From contig JAFCCW010000019.1 of assembly GCA_017609985.1 (NCBI GenBank), positions 1 through 24,602 on the forward strand: a stretch of DNA of 24,602 nt, read 5' to 3'. The position numbers and the translations under genes are program-made. Source of the stretch: Candidatus Iainarchaeum sp. Its GTDB lineage: Archaea; Iainarchaeota; Iainarchaeia; Iainarchaeales; JAFCCW01. This document shows positions 16,861 through 24,602 of this stretch, piece after piece. The notes below the pieces were generated by a model. It was not told where the DNA came from and made no database searches. It was given only the letters and a program-made list of their open reading frames with translations. The number at the start of each line of letters is the position of its first letter. Within the stretch, counting starts at the first letter, position 1.

Positions 16861-16906
16861 TCTTTCACCTCAAAACCTCAACTTTTATTAAACTCATTCG
16901 CTTTTT

Positions 16907-17464
16907 TTAAACTCGTTCCTTTTTGTAAGCGCAAATTGTTGGAATCCCACCAGTAATGCTTTTGTTAAGCAGCATATATCTGCCCTGCGGAATATCCTCT
17001 GAAAGATCTTGAAGAACAAATTTTTCAAACTGTCCGTCTATAGGGCAGGGCCCTGGATTTGACTGAGAAGGATAGTTTGTTTGAGCAGGAATGCTTAAAC
17101 ATTTTCTGAAACCAAAATCAGGATTGGTATAGCTGAGCAAAACACAGTTTTTCATTATTCCACTGCAAAAATTTTCGCACAAATATTCATTGTCAACGTG
17201 AACAACAAAAAAGTCCTCGTCTTCATCGGAATAGCAATCGTTTGGAAAATCAACAATTGTGTCAACACTTCCCTTCTTTATTACAACTTCTTCAAGCGCT
17301 GCTCTAAAGTCTTCCGACAGCTTGTTTATTTTCTGCCTGCAAACCTTGTCCTGAATGTCCTGCATTGCCATATATCCTGCAACAAGAACAAAACCCATTA
17401 TAACCACGGCAACAAGCAACTCAAAAGGAGCTTCCTCTTGTCCTTTTTCATCTAAGAATTGCAT
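16907..17464 (-). CDS. Pilin-like protein with class III signal peptide
   Basis: DEKG|QEEAPFELLVAVVIMGFVLVAG followed by an amphipathic helix. 8 Cys. Confidence 0.8.
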   Translation of the reverse strand: MQFLDEKGQEEAPFELLVAVVIMGFVLVAGYMAMQDIQDKVCRQKINKLSEDFRAALEEVVIKKGSVDTIVDFPNDCYSDEDEDFFVVHVDNEYLCENFCSGIMKNCVLLSYTNPDFGFRKCLSIPAQTNYPSQSNPGPCPIDGQFEKFVLQDLSEDIPQGRYMLLNKSITGGIPTICAYKKERV

Positions 17465-17635
17465 TCAAGCACCTGCTGGTTTTAGCTCTGCTTTTTGAAC
17501 AAGCTGTTGGCTTTGCTTGAACATAGGCTTTACTACAGCTATCAAAAGCAGAGCAGCTATTGCCAGGACTATGAGAAGATATATTGAACTCCATTCACTC
17601 TGTCCTTGCTCTTCTCTTAAAATCTCTTCAAGCAT
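17465..17635 (-). CDS. Small Flp-like pilin (56 aa), not in the supplied ORF track
   Basis: Manual translation: MLEEILREEQG|QSEWSSIYLLIVLAIAALLLIAVVKPMFKQSQQLVQKAELKPAGA*. Its TGA (17465-17467) abuts the ATG of the next pilin. TATA-like TATTAAATA 28 nt upstream. Confidence 0.85.
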   Translation of the reverse strand: MLEEILREEQGQSEWSSIYLLIVLAIAALLLIAVVKPMFKQSQQLVQKAELKPAGA

Positions 17636-17663
17636 TTAAACCAGTAATAGAAGCAGATTGTGG

Positions 17664-17679
17664 TATTTAATAGTTTCTC
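17664..17679 (-). promoter_or_regulatory. BRE/TATA promoter for the small pilin and downstream minor pilins
   Basis: Minus strand GAGAAAC-TATTAAATA, 28 nt before ATG 17635. Confidence 0.55.
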
Positions 17680-17730
17680 AAAAAAATAAAAATGAAAAAA
17701 ATAGGGCTTTTGCCCGGAGAAATTAATCTC
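17680..17730 (-). terminator. Hairpin plus poly-T terminator after the putative major pilin
   Basis: Minus strand GGGC-AAAA-GCCC followed by several T-runs, preceded by a second weak hairpin GAGA-TTAATT-TCTC. Confidence 0.6.
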
Positions 17731-17744
17731 TAATTGCCTGAAGT

Positions 17745-18326
17745 TTAGTTGCCTAAAAGAACTACTACACAACAGGTTTCAGAATCGCCTTCGCAAATTC
17801 CTTCGTCTATTGGACAACAGTCATCAATATGGTCTTCGTAGTCGTCTTCACCTAAGGCATCATATATTCTTCCGCCAAGAGAAATTGCTGATTTAACTCC
17901 TTCAATTCCTTTGTCACAGAGAACAGCAATTTTTGCCTGTTTGTCTCCGCCATCATATGTGATTGATTGCCCAAGACTTGTGTATTCCCAGTTTGGTTTT
18001 CCTTCGTCACAGTCTCCGTCTGAAAAGTCTCCAAGTAACAAGCAAACTTGTTCCTGTGTTAATGCTACTTTTCCTCCGCTGACTACGGCACGAGAGTTAA
18101 TGTTTGTTCCTCTTGCAAACTGCACTGGATTTGAAACAACCTCAGAAGACAGCTTTCCCGCAGAAGCATCTTTCAAGGAAGTCGTGATTGCATCAGTAGG
18201 GTCTGTTTGACCAAGAGAGGGAATCACGCCAATTATTGAAAAAAGAATTGTGAGAATTGCCATTGCAACGATTGCTGCAATTAGAAGTTTAAAGGTGGAA
18301 TATGCTTGACCTTTTGAATTCATCAT
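17745..18326 (-). CDS. Type IV pilin, candidate major subunit
   Basis: NSKG|QAYSTFKLLIAAIVAMAILTILFSIIGVI. Has its own TATA, GGGTGA RBS and terminator. 8 Cys, acidic C-terminal region. Confidence 0.82.
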   Translation of the reverse strand: MMNSKGQAYSTFKLLIAAIVAMAILTILFSIIGVIPSLGQTDPTDAITTSLKDASAGKLSSEVVSNPVQFARGTNINSRAVVSGGKVALTQEQVCLLLGDFSDGDCDEGKPNWEYTSLGQSITYDGGDKQAKIAVLCDKGIEGVKSAISLGGRIYDALGEDDYEDHIDDCCPIDEGICEGDSETCCVVVLLGN

Positions 18327-18358
18327 TTAAATCACCCACTAAAAGAAACACATTCTTG

Positions 18359-18375
18359 TATTTAAATATTTCTTA
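18359..18375 (-). promoter_or_regulatory. BRE/TATA promoter of the candidate major pilin
   Basis: Minus strand AAGAAATA-TTTAAATA, about 33 nt before ATG 18326, with GGGTGA at 18332-18337. Confidence 0.6.
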
Positions 18376-18481
18376 AAGGATTCAGCACCCAATTATGCAG
18401 TTTAGAACCCAATGTGCAATTCAAAATTCAGCATGCAATTCATAATCGATTATGCAATTCAGAACTTGGTTATACAATTCA
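18376..18481. repeat. Degenerate 19-20 bp tandem repeat (core TGCAATTCA) containing a perfect 14-bp palindrome
   Basis: Cores at 18396 (TGCAGTTTA), 18415, 18434, 18453 (TGCAATTCA) and 18473 (TACAATTCA), spaced 19, 19, 19 and 20 bp. CATAATCGATTATG palindrome at 18441-18454. Confidence 0.75.
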
Positions 18482-18943
18482 GGACTCTAATGACTCAATC
18501 TCTTTTCCGAATGAAATTAGACAGCATTGAATGCACTCTTCTGGACAGTCAGAATCAAGCTGTTGAAGAGCACACCTGTAATAAACATCAACAGAAACAG
18601 GGTTTGCAGAGTAAACCGATTTTGAGTTTTCACCCAGCTTGAAGCCCAGTCTTTCATTTGCATCAAAGCTAATGCATTGTTCTCCCATTGCAACAAGCTC
18701 TGAAAGTCCACGGCTGTTCACACTCTGGCCTACTCCAAGAGAAAGGCTTTTTTCCACAATAACGCTTCCGTCCTTGAGTTCTGAAGCAGATTCAAAACCG
18801 TCAATAAAAATTCTCCAGTCAATATCAGTGCTCTTTTGTTCAAAGAAGTGAATTGTTGCAACAATCATAACCATTATTGCAAGACCCATTATTGCTCCAA
18901 TCAAGAGACGATATGCCGAGAAAGCCTGTCCCCTGTTGTTCAC
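18479..18943 (-). CDS. Type IV pilin-like protein, paralog of 17745-18326
   Basis: NNRG|QAFSAYRLLIGAIMGLAIMVMIVATI. Shares (I/V)NSR, EQ(V)C and a terminal C..CC-hydrophobic pattern with the neighbouring pilin. GTG start overlaps the platform gene stop. Confidence 0.8.
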   Translation of the reverse strand: MNNRGQAFSAYRLLIGAIMGLAIMVMIVATIHFFEQKSTDIDWRIFIDGFESASELKDGSVIVEKSLSLGVGQSVNSRGLSELVAMGEQCISFDANERLGFKLGENSKSVYSANPVSVDVYYRCALQQLDSDCPEECIQCCLISFGKEIESLES

Positions 18944-21282
18944 GCAAACCCTCCTCCGAAAAAAGAGCTTACAATAAAGTTTGTGGCAACAACTGCAAGA
19001 AGGAATGCACCAACAGCAATTGGCATGGATTTTGCAATATTTATTTTTGCGAGAAGAGAATTGTCTTCTTCAATTCTGGTAGTGAACCAGCTCATTATTA
19101 TGACAAGCTCTAGAACATAAATTGCAACAATGATGAGAAATTCTGCAGGAGAAGCAAGGCTTTTAAGTGATTCAACTCCTCCGCCAAACACCTGGTCCAT
19201 TTGGTCAAATGAAGCGAATTCTGCAGGAAGATCTTTTGCAGTACTAAGAGCAGAGGAAGGAGACTGCATTGAAATCTGAGCAACAGTCAGCATAACAATT
19301 TTTTGAAACGCAGCAGTTATTCCAAGAACAATTGGAGCAATAAACATAGTCATTGTTTTCATCATAGAGGTTACGTCTGAAACAAGAACTTTGAGCATTC
19401 GCTGAACTTTTTCAGTGTTTGAAAGCTGAAGGGAAAGAGAAATCAGTGTTCTGGACGCAACATTTACTCCAAGGCGCACAGAGTCAATCAAAAGTTTCAT
19501 TCCACTTCTGATTCCCTCAGACGGAATATCTTTCAAAACACCGTACTGTGAATCAAAGACAGCGTTTTCAAGAGTCATTCCAAACAAGCTGATGTTATCA
19601 TAGGCTCTTCCGAAAATTTTTTCAGAAATTGTAAGTGTTGGCAAAAATTCCCGCGTATGCCTTAATGCTTCTTCAACAGGCTTGTTTTCTCCAAGACGGG
19701 ATGCAAGAACATAGAGAGAGTCCTTGAATTCTGACTCCATTTCCATTACTTCCACTTGAACTTTTCTTTTGTAAATATTTCTGAAATAAATTAAAACAAA
19801 ACCGCAAAGTGAAGAAGTCAAAAGCATTCCAAAAATCAGATTATAGGGCGTGGTGTCATTCGCAGGAGTCATAAAGAAAATAAAGGCCTCATCTTCTGTT
19901 TTCTGCCAGGCAATTTCTGCATCCAACCCCTGCGAGATATACTGCTGATAGGCTTGCCCGCCTTTGTCAAAGTAAGCAGAGTCGTTTTTTTCCATTAACA
20001 AGATGTCATCCCTTGATTTGTCAGCTGGAAGAAGCTGTCCGGAAAAACCATCTTCTCCAAAAAAAGACTTGGGGGGAATCCCCTCAGCTGAAAGAAAAAG
20101 TGAAACCATTAAACCAATTACCAGGACTATTCCTGCAAAAACTCTTGCATCCATTGAAAAATTTTTTGTGCGAATCATCCACTTGGGTGGAAGATCAGGG
20201 TGATTGTCTGGAATTTCAGGAGGCGAACGAGTAGGCGGTTTTTCAGAAACAACTTTTCTTGCAAAGAAAAGAACTGCTCCCGGAATCAATACATTGTAAA
20301 GCAGAAAAAGAACCCAAGTGACAGCAAAACCCTGTCCAGTAAAAGCAGAGCCAACAGGCAGGATTATTATGAGAATCAATGGAAGGAGAACTCCTAAATA
20401 AAAAAGCATGACAGATGGCTGGGAAAGATTTCGTGCATAGTCCTCCATCTTTGACTTAATTGATTCAAGAATTGAAGTCATGGTCTTGTCAAGAAGTTGA
20501 TAGCGTTTTGCTTCAGTGTTTTCAAGAACAGAGGCGCGAATCATCATCAAAGCATGTTTGAATTCCTCGGAATTGTTTCCCCACCTGTAAGCTAAATCAT
20601 CAAGCCCCTCTGATAAAGAAGAAAACACTCCTAATTGAACATCCCAAAGCATTCTTTTGAAGTCCTCTGCTATCTTGCCCCGCCCGTGCTCTGCTGAAAA
20701 TTCAACAGCTTTTTCAAGATTTGGAACAAGCTTCATGGACATAATCATGTATCCAAGAATCTCAGGCACATAGGTTAGGGCGCGAGTTTGTTCCATTCGA
20801 ACCTCGGTTAGAGGAAAGTTTTGAACAAAGCTGGCTATGTAAATTCCAACTGCAAGAGGCAAGCCATAAATGTAAACTATTGCCAGTCCACCAGCAAGCT
20901 CTCCAATTAAATCTGCAAGAGGGGAGAGAGCAGTAAGAGTTCCAACAACAAAAGCCAGCATGATAACTGCTAAAAGAGTAAACTTTGTTGCAGCAGCAAA
21001 CTGTTCTGCTTTCAAATCCCATCCAAGAAAATTTATTGCATTCCTGTACTGGCCAGTGTAATGAGCTCCGTTTCCAAGAGAAGGAACCATTGAATGAATT
21101 CTTTTGCAAAAAACAACATAAGGGTGTTCTCCTCTTTTGACAAGCTTTCCCTCTCCTTCATCAAACTCGGGCCTTGAAACAGTAATGTTTCTGTACATTG
21201 CTCCTGGAGAAAGCGGTTTCATCTTTCTAGAAAAATCTATTTTTGATTTTCTTGCTCTTGATTTTATTGGCATTTCAAACAA
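18940..21282 (-). CDS. Fused double-domain pilus platform protein (TadB+TadC/FlaJ-like, T2SSF family)
   Basis: Two cytoplasmic T2SSF-like domains (VPEILGYMIMSMKLVPNLEKAVEF; EFKDSLYVLASRLGENKPVEEAL) flanked by multiple TMs. Directly downstream of the ATPase. Confidence 0.85.
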   Translation of the reverse strand: MFEMPIKSRARKSKIDFSRKMKPLSPGAMYRNITVSRPEFDEGEGKLVKRGEHPYVVFCKRIHSMVPSLGNGAHYTGQYRNAINFLGWDLKAEQFAAATKFTLLAVIMLAFVVGTLTALSPLADLIGELAGGLAIVYIYGLPLAVGIYIASFVQNFPLTEVRMEQTRALTYVPEILGYMIMSMKLVPNLEKAVEFSAEHGRGKIAEDFKRMLWDVQLGVFSSLSEGLDDLAYRWGNNSEEFKHALMMIRASVLENTEAKRYQLLDKTMTSILESIKSKMEDYARNLSQPSVMLFYLGVLLPLILIIILPVGSAFTGQGFAVTWVLFLLYNVLIPGAVLFFARKVVSEKPPTRSPPEIPDNHPDLPPKWMIRTKNFSMDARVFAGIVLVIGLMVSLFLSAEGIPPKSFFGEDGFSGQLLPADKSRDDILLMEKNDSAYFDKGGQAYQQYISQGLDAEIAWQKTEDEAFIFFMTPANDTTPYNLIFGMLLTSSLCGFVLIYFRNIYKRKVQVEVMEMESEFKDSLYVLASRLGENKPVEEALRHTREFLPTLTISEKIFGRAYDNISLFGMTLENAVFDSQYGVLKDIPSEGIRSGMKLLIDSVRLGVNVASRTLISLSLQLSNTEKVQRMLKVLVSDVTSMMKTMTMFIAPIVLGITAAFQKIVMLTVAQISMQSPSSALSTAKDLPAEFASFDQMDQVFGGGVESLKSLASPAEFLIIVAIYVLELVIIMSWFTTRIEEDNSLLAKINIAKSMPIAVGAFLLAVVATNFIVSSFFGGGFA

Positions 21283-21313
21283 CCCATGCTATTTTTTTGC
21301 AACATAGTCAAAA

Positions 21314-23602
21314 TCATTTTTTTGCAATAACCTGTTTTACAAGCTTGTTTCTGACCCAGTACTTCCACTTACCAATCAATTCATCATAGTCAACAGAGCC
21401 ATGTTCCACAATTTGATTTTCTTTGAGAAGCAATAGCTTGTTGTGAGCAAACGAACTGTTCTCTGCCTCAAGCAGTTCAGGTAACTTAAATTCTTCTTTT
21501 AGGTCAACAAGGAAAGAATTTGCATTTCCCCTTGCCCTGATGTCTTTCCAGATTTCCTTTACATTCATTCCCGACGTCATCCTGATTTTGTCAAAAAGTT
21601 CACTTTCTTTCAGGTTGTCTTCAAGAAGTTCTAGTTCATCCTTTTTTGCATCGTAAAGCATTAAGTCAAGCAAGCCACCCTCTTCTTCCGGATCTTCACG
21701 CCAATGCTTTTTAACTTCAGTTATTTGAACCACGCGCTTGTGTCTTGTAAGCGAACCAGCAAACCTTATTGGTCTTGCTACAACAACAACATCTGTTGCC
21801 TTGAAAGAAGTGTTCGGTACTTCAAGATCGTTGACTACACGATCCCAGACGCTATAAGCAGAGTCTCCGTGAATTGTTCCCATTACAACATTTCCTGCTG
21901 CTCCAATTCTCATTGCCTCATAAAGAACTTTTGCTTCCTTGGAACGAACCTCTCCCAAAATCAAAGCAGAGTCTCCGAGGCGCAAAGCAGTTCTCAAAGA
22001 CTCCTCTGGAGCAACCTCTGTCTCGGTTTTTGAAACACTGATTGCAGACCTGGTTTTGAGGCGCTGGATGTTGTAACCTATTCTCTTCAGGTATTCAACT
22101 GGAATTTCAAGCGTGTCCTCTTGCACAATTATTCTTGAATTCTGCAAAATTTCCTGAACCAAGGCACCGAGAAGAGATGTCTTTCCCGAACCCCTGCTAC
22201 CAGTAATCAAGGACGTAGCCTGCATGTCAATAAAGAAGGAAAGCAAGCCAGCGGAAAGAGAATTCATGTACTTAACATCAATGAATTGGGGCAGAGTCCA
22301 CGGCGTTATCTTGTGAAGTCTGAAAGCAAAAGCTAAACCATCAGTTGCAAGAGGCGGACCAATTACTGCAACACGTGTTTCAAGGTCAGGCAAGTCATAG
22401 TCGAGAACAGGATGTGCTTCGTCAAACGGGCGACCAGACATTGCCCTGATTTTTGAAACAAGAGATTCTGCTTCGTTCTGCGTATAAATTATGTTCGTCT
22501 GGCATTGCCCAAAGTCAGAGTGAACTGCATAAATAGGCTTTTGACCGATTGGAGAGTCAAGATAAATATCAGTCATTTTTCTGTCAGACAAAAGAACTTC
22601 AAGCATCCCATATCCAACAGTGTAGCGGGCAACAATTTCTGCAAGATTAACAATTTCTTCCTTTGAAAGCTCAACACGAAATTCTTTGGCAACATCGCGA
22701 ATTGTTGATTCATAAATTCTTTCAAAATACTTGCGGGATTTTGCAACAGTGCTTAATGAAGTGCGACCTGGCTTGTAACCAGCAACAACCTCTCTTGTTT
22801 TGCTGAGAACAAAATATTTCTCAGGAGGCAGTAAGTATTCAGGAGGATTGATGAAATAAATTTTCTCAATTTTGTCAGGATGACTAAAGATTTGAACAGT
22901 TGAACCCATTACCTGATATTCGTCAAGCAATTCCATTTGCTCAATTCCCTTAAACATTAAGCGGGAGCCAATAAAAGAAGGCTTAATCGATGCCTCAAAA
23001 AACGCCCTGTATAGCTCGGTTGATTCTGGAATTTTTACAGAACGCTGAAGAAATTTTCGCGAAGACTTGATAAGCCTTGTTTCCTCAAACGCCTCTTTGA
23101 TGCTGGCAAGTGTTTCAAGATAGGATTCAGTGCACTTTGCATATGCTCCTCCCTCTTGTTGCATGCGCTTGCTTTCTCTGGAAATTTCGTTAAGGCAGGT
23201 TAGATAAGCCATGATTGGATCATAGGAAAGAAGATCATGCGCTATCTTGACAACAGCATTGTGCCTTTCAGAAAAATATTTTTCACAGCCTTCACCAGCT
23301 TTTCCAAGATGAGAATAGCTCCAGATGCTCTCGACTTCAAATCGCTGGAGAAGATTTGCAACCTCGGAAAGCATTTGAGTCTGGTCTTCTTCGTAAACTC
23401 GTTCATAAACTTCTGCCAAGACAAGAAGGTCTGCTTCAACCTTGTTCAAAACAGAAATTGCGTGAAACCTGCATGCCTTGTCATCAGCAATGTTTGCTGA
23501 ATAAACACAGTTTTTGCAGTCAAAAATAAGATGTCTCCGCCCACCCTCTTCTTTGACTGCATAATCTCCTACCTTAAAGCCGCCTATTCGCATAACAAAC
23601 AC
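21314..23602 (-). CDS. Type IV pilus assembly ATPase (FlaI/CpaF family) with extended N-terminus
   Basis: Walker A GSRGSGKTS, QEDTLEIP, LRLGDSALILGEVR, GTIHG and KRVVQITEV. The real start may be ATG 23593. Confidence 0.93.
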   Translation of the reverse strand: MFVMRIGGFKVGDYAVKEEGGRRHLIFDCKNCVYSANIADDKACRFHAISVLNKVEADLLVLAEVYERVYEEDQTQMLSEVANLLQRFEVESIWSYSHLGKAGEGCEKYFSERHNAVVKIAHDLLSYDPIMAYLTCLNEISRESKRMQQEGGAYAKCTESYLETLASIKEAFEETRLIKSSRKFLQRSVKIPESTELYRAFFEASIKPSFIGSRLMFKGIEQMELLDEYQVMGSTVQIFSHPDKIEKIYFINPPEYLLPPEKYFVLSKTREVVAGYKPGRTSLSTVAKSRKYFERIYESTIRDVAKEFRVELSKEEIVNLAEIVARYTVGYGMLEVLLSDRKMTDIYLDSPIGQKPIYAVHSDFGQCQTNIIYTQNEAESLVSKIRAMSGRPFDEAHPVLDYDLPDLETRVAVIGPPLATDGLAFAFRLHKITPWTLPQFIDVKYMNSLSAGLLSFFIDMQATSLITGSRGSGKTSLLGALVQEILQNSRIIVQEDTLEIPVEYLKRIGYNIQRLKTRSAISVSKTETEVAPEESLRTALRLGDSALILGEVRSKEAKVLYEAMRIGAAGNVVMGTIHGDSAYSVWDRVVNDLEVPNTSFKATDVVVVARPIRFAGSLTRHKRVVQITEVKKHWREDPEEEGGLLDLMLYDAKKDELELLEDNLKESELFDKIRMTSGMNVKEIWKDIRARGNANSFLVDLKEEFKLPELLEAENSSFAHNKLLLLKENQIVEHGSVDYDELIGKWKYWVRNKLVKQVIAKK

Positions 23603-23648
23603 ATATCACAGTTTTCGCCAAGATTCAGTGGATTAAATAGCATTAAAC

Positions 23649-23656
23649 TTATATAA
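23649..23656. promoter_or_regulatory. Palindromic TATA box in the ATPase/sortase divergent promoter region
   Basis: TTATATAA is self-complementary and lies 24 nt before ATG 23680, in a 77-bp intergenic gap. Confidence 0.5.
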
Positions 23657-23679
23657 AAGAATTAGCTTGAATTAAAGTA

Positions 23680-24255
23680 ATGGTTGCTGAGAAGTTTTTG
23701 GAAAGTGAAGACATAAAAAGTGGAGCAAGATTTCTTGCCTTGTTCTCTGTTTTTTTTCTTGCATCTATTGTTCTGGTCTACTTTGCACCGCTTGAACAGG
23801 TTGAAGGATTTGTTGCAGAGCAGGCATTGTTTGTTCTTGAAGCAAACAGTATTAGAGGAATATTGGAGCTGAGCGAGCCAGTACTTATTCTACTTTCGAC
23901 AGGGCACACAATTTCAATCTCGTTTCTTTGCACTGGATTGCTGGAAATAGCAGTGCTTGCTTCAGCTATTCTTGCATCTTATGGAATATCTTGGAGTAGA
24001 AGAATTCTGGGAGTTTTGATTGCAGTGTTTTTTGCACACTTGTTCAATCTTGCGAGGATTGTGATAACAGTGTTTGCAGTGCTTGAGCAGCCACCCTATG
24101 TTGCAGAGCTAGCTCACGACTTCCTGTTCAGACTGTTATTGTTTGCAATTGTTTTCTTGATGTATGCAGTGTGGTTTGCGATTGTGACTGGAAAGTTGCA
24201 GGCTTATGTGCCAAAGGGAAAAGGAAAAGAATTAATAGTTGAAAAGAGAAAATAG
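23680..24255 (+). CDS. Exosortase/archaeosortase family transpeptidase (short ArtE/XrtH-like)
   Basis: Multi-TM 191 aa protein with catalytic-type Cys in ISFLCTGL, Arg in FNLARI and His in LAHDFLF. Confidence 0.87.
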   Translation: MVAEKFLESEDIKSGARFLALFSVFFLASIVLVYFAPLEQVEGFVAEQALFVLEANSIRGILELSEPVLILLSTGHTISISFLCTGLLEIAVLASAILASYGISWSRRILGVLIAVFFAHLFNLARIVITVFAVLEQPPYVAELAHDFLFRLLLFAIVFLMYAVWFAIVTGKLQAYVPKGKGKELIVEKRK

Positions 24256-24263
24256 TGGTCTTT

Positions 24264-24602
24264 ATGGAACAGCCTGTTAAGATGCTTGTGATTGCGATTG
24301 CTGCAGCAGCCTTATTACTGATGTTTATACTTTACATTGCACCGCAGTTTTATCAACAACCAGAACCAATTGATGAAATACACGAAAGTCTGTCAATAGC
24401 AGAAAACTCACTTGGAACAATGACAGACACAAAAGAAATAGAATTCGGAATAGAGCATCCGCATCTTAACGCAAAAACCTTTGAATATGAAACACAAAGA
24501 AGCGTAACAATCCACTGCAACAACGAAAACATCTGCTGCGACAAAGACACAGACTGCACCAAAATAATCAAATGGAACGAACTAACAGCAAACTTCGGAC
24601 AA
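24264..24602 (+). CDS. Pilin-like/single-TM Cys-rich exported protein, truncated by the window end (not in the ORF track)
   Basis: Manual translation: MEQPVKMLVIAIAAAALLLMFILYIAPQFYQQPEPIDEIHESLSIAENSLG...HCNNENICCDKDTDCTKIIKW.... Open for 113 codons to the edge, starting 8 nt after the sortase stop. Confidence 0.75.
   Translation, partial: MEQPVKMLVIAIAAAALLLMFILYIAPQFYQQPEPIDEIHESLSIAENSLGTMTDTKEIEFGIEHPHLNAKTFEYETQRSVTIHCNNENICCDKDTDCTKIIKWNELTANFGQ

Noticed and set aside
18376-18481. Possible mini-CRISPR array
   Set aside because: The 19-bp period is far too short, the intervening segments resemble each other, and there are no cas genes.
14722-23602. Archaellum (fla/arl) operon
   Set aside because: No FlaH/KaiC-like ATPase, FlaF/G or archaellin N-terminal consensus is visible. 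The organisation fits an adhesive type IV pilus.
24353-24571. 72-aa minus-strand ORF from the track
   Set aside because: Antisense to the better-supported plus-strand ORF starting at 24264.

Overview
AT-rich archaeal chromosomal window, identified by TATA/BRE promoters, GGTGA ribosome-binding sites, archaeal-type riboflavin enzymes and a PAC2 proteasome chaperone. The gene content suggests a DPANN lineage such as Iainarchaeota/Micrarchaeota (inference only). The window is dominated by cell-surface machinery. (1) A CpaF/TadA-type pilus ATPase fused to an intact 4x[4Fe-4S] polyferredoxin domain, followed by two TadB/TadC platform genes. (2) A PAC2-family chaperone, an orphan gene and a ribK(RbkR)-ribC-ribH riboflavin cluster. 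(3) A giant secreted, C-terminally anchored protein split by a -1 frame change. (4) A membrane-anchored, long disordered protein with a C-terminal double zinc ribbon. (5) A second, complete type IV pilus operon with an ATPase, a fused platform protein and seven pilin-like genes, including a 56-aa Flp-like pilin missing from the ORF track. This operon is divergent from an exosortase/archaeosortase and a further pilin-like gene that runs off the window end. No RNA genes, CRISPR arrays or mobile elements were recognised.
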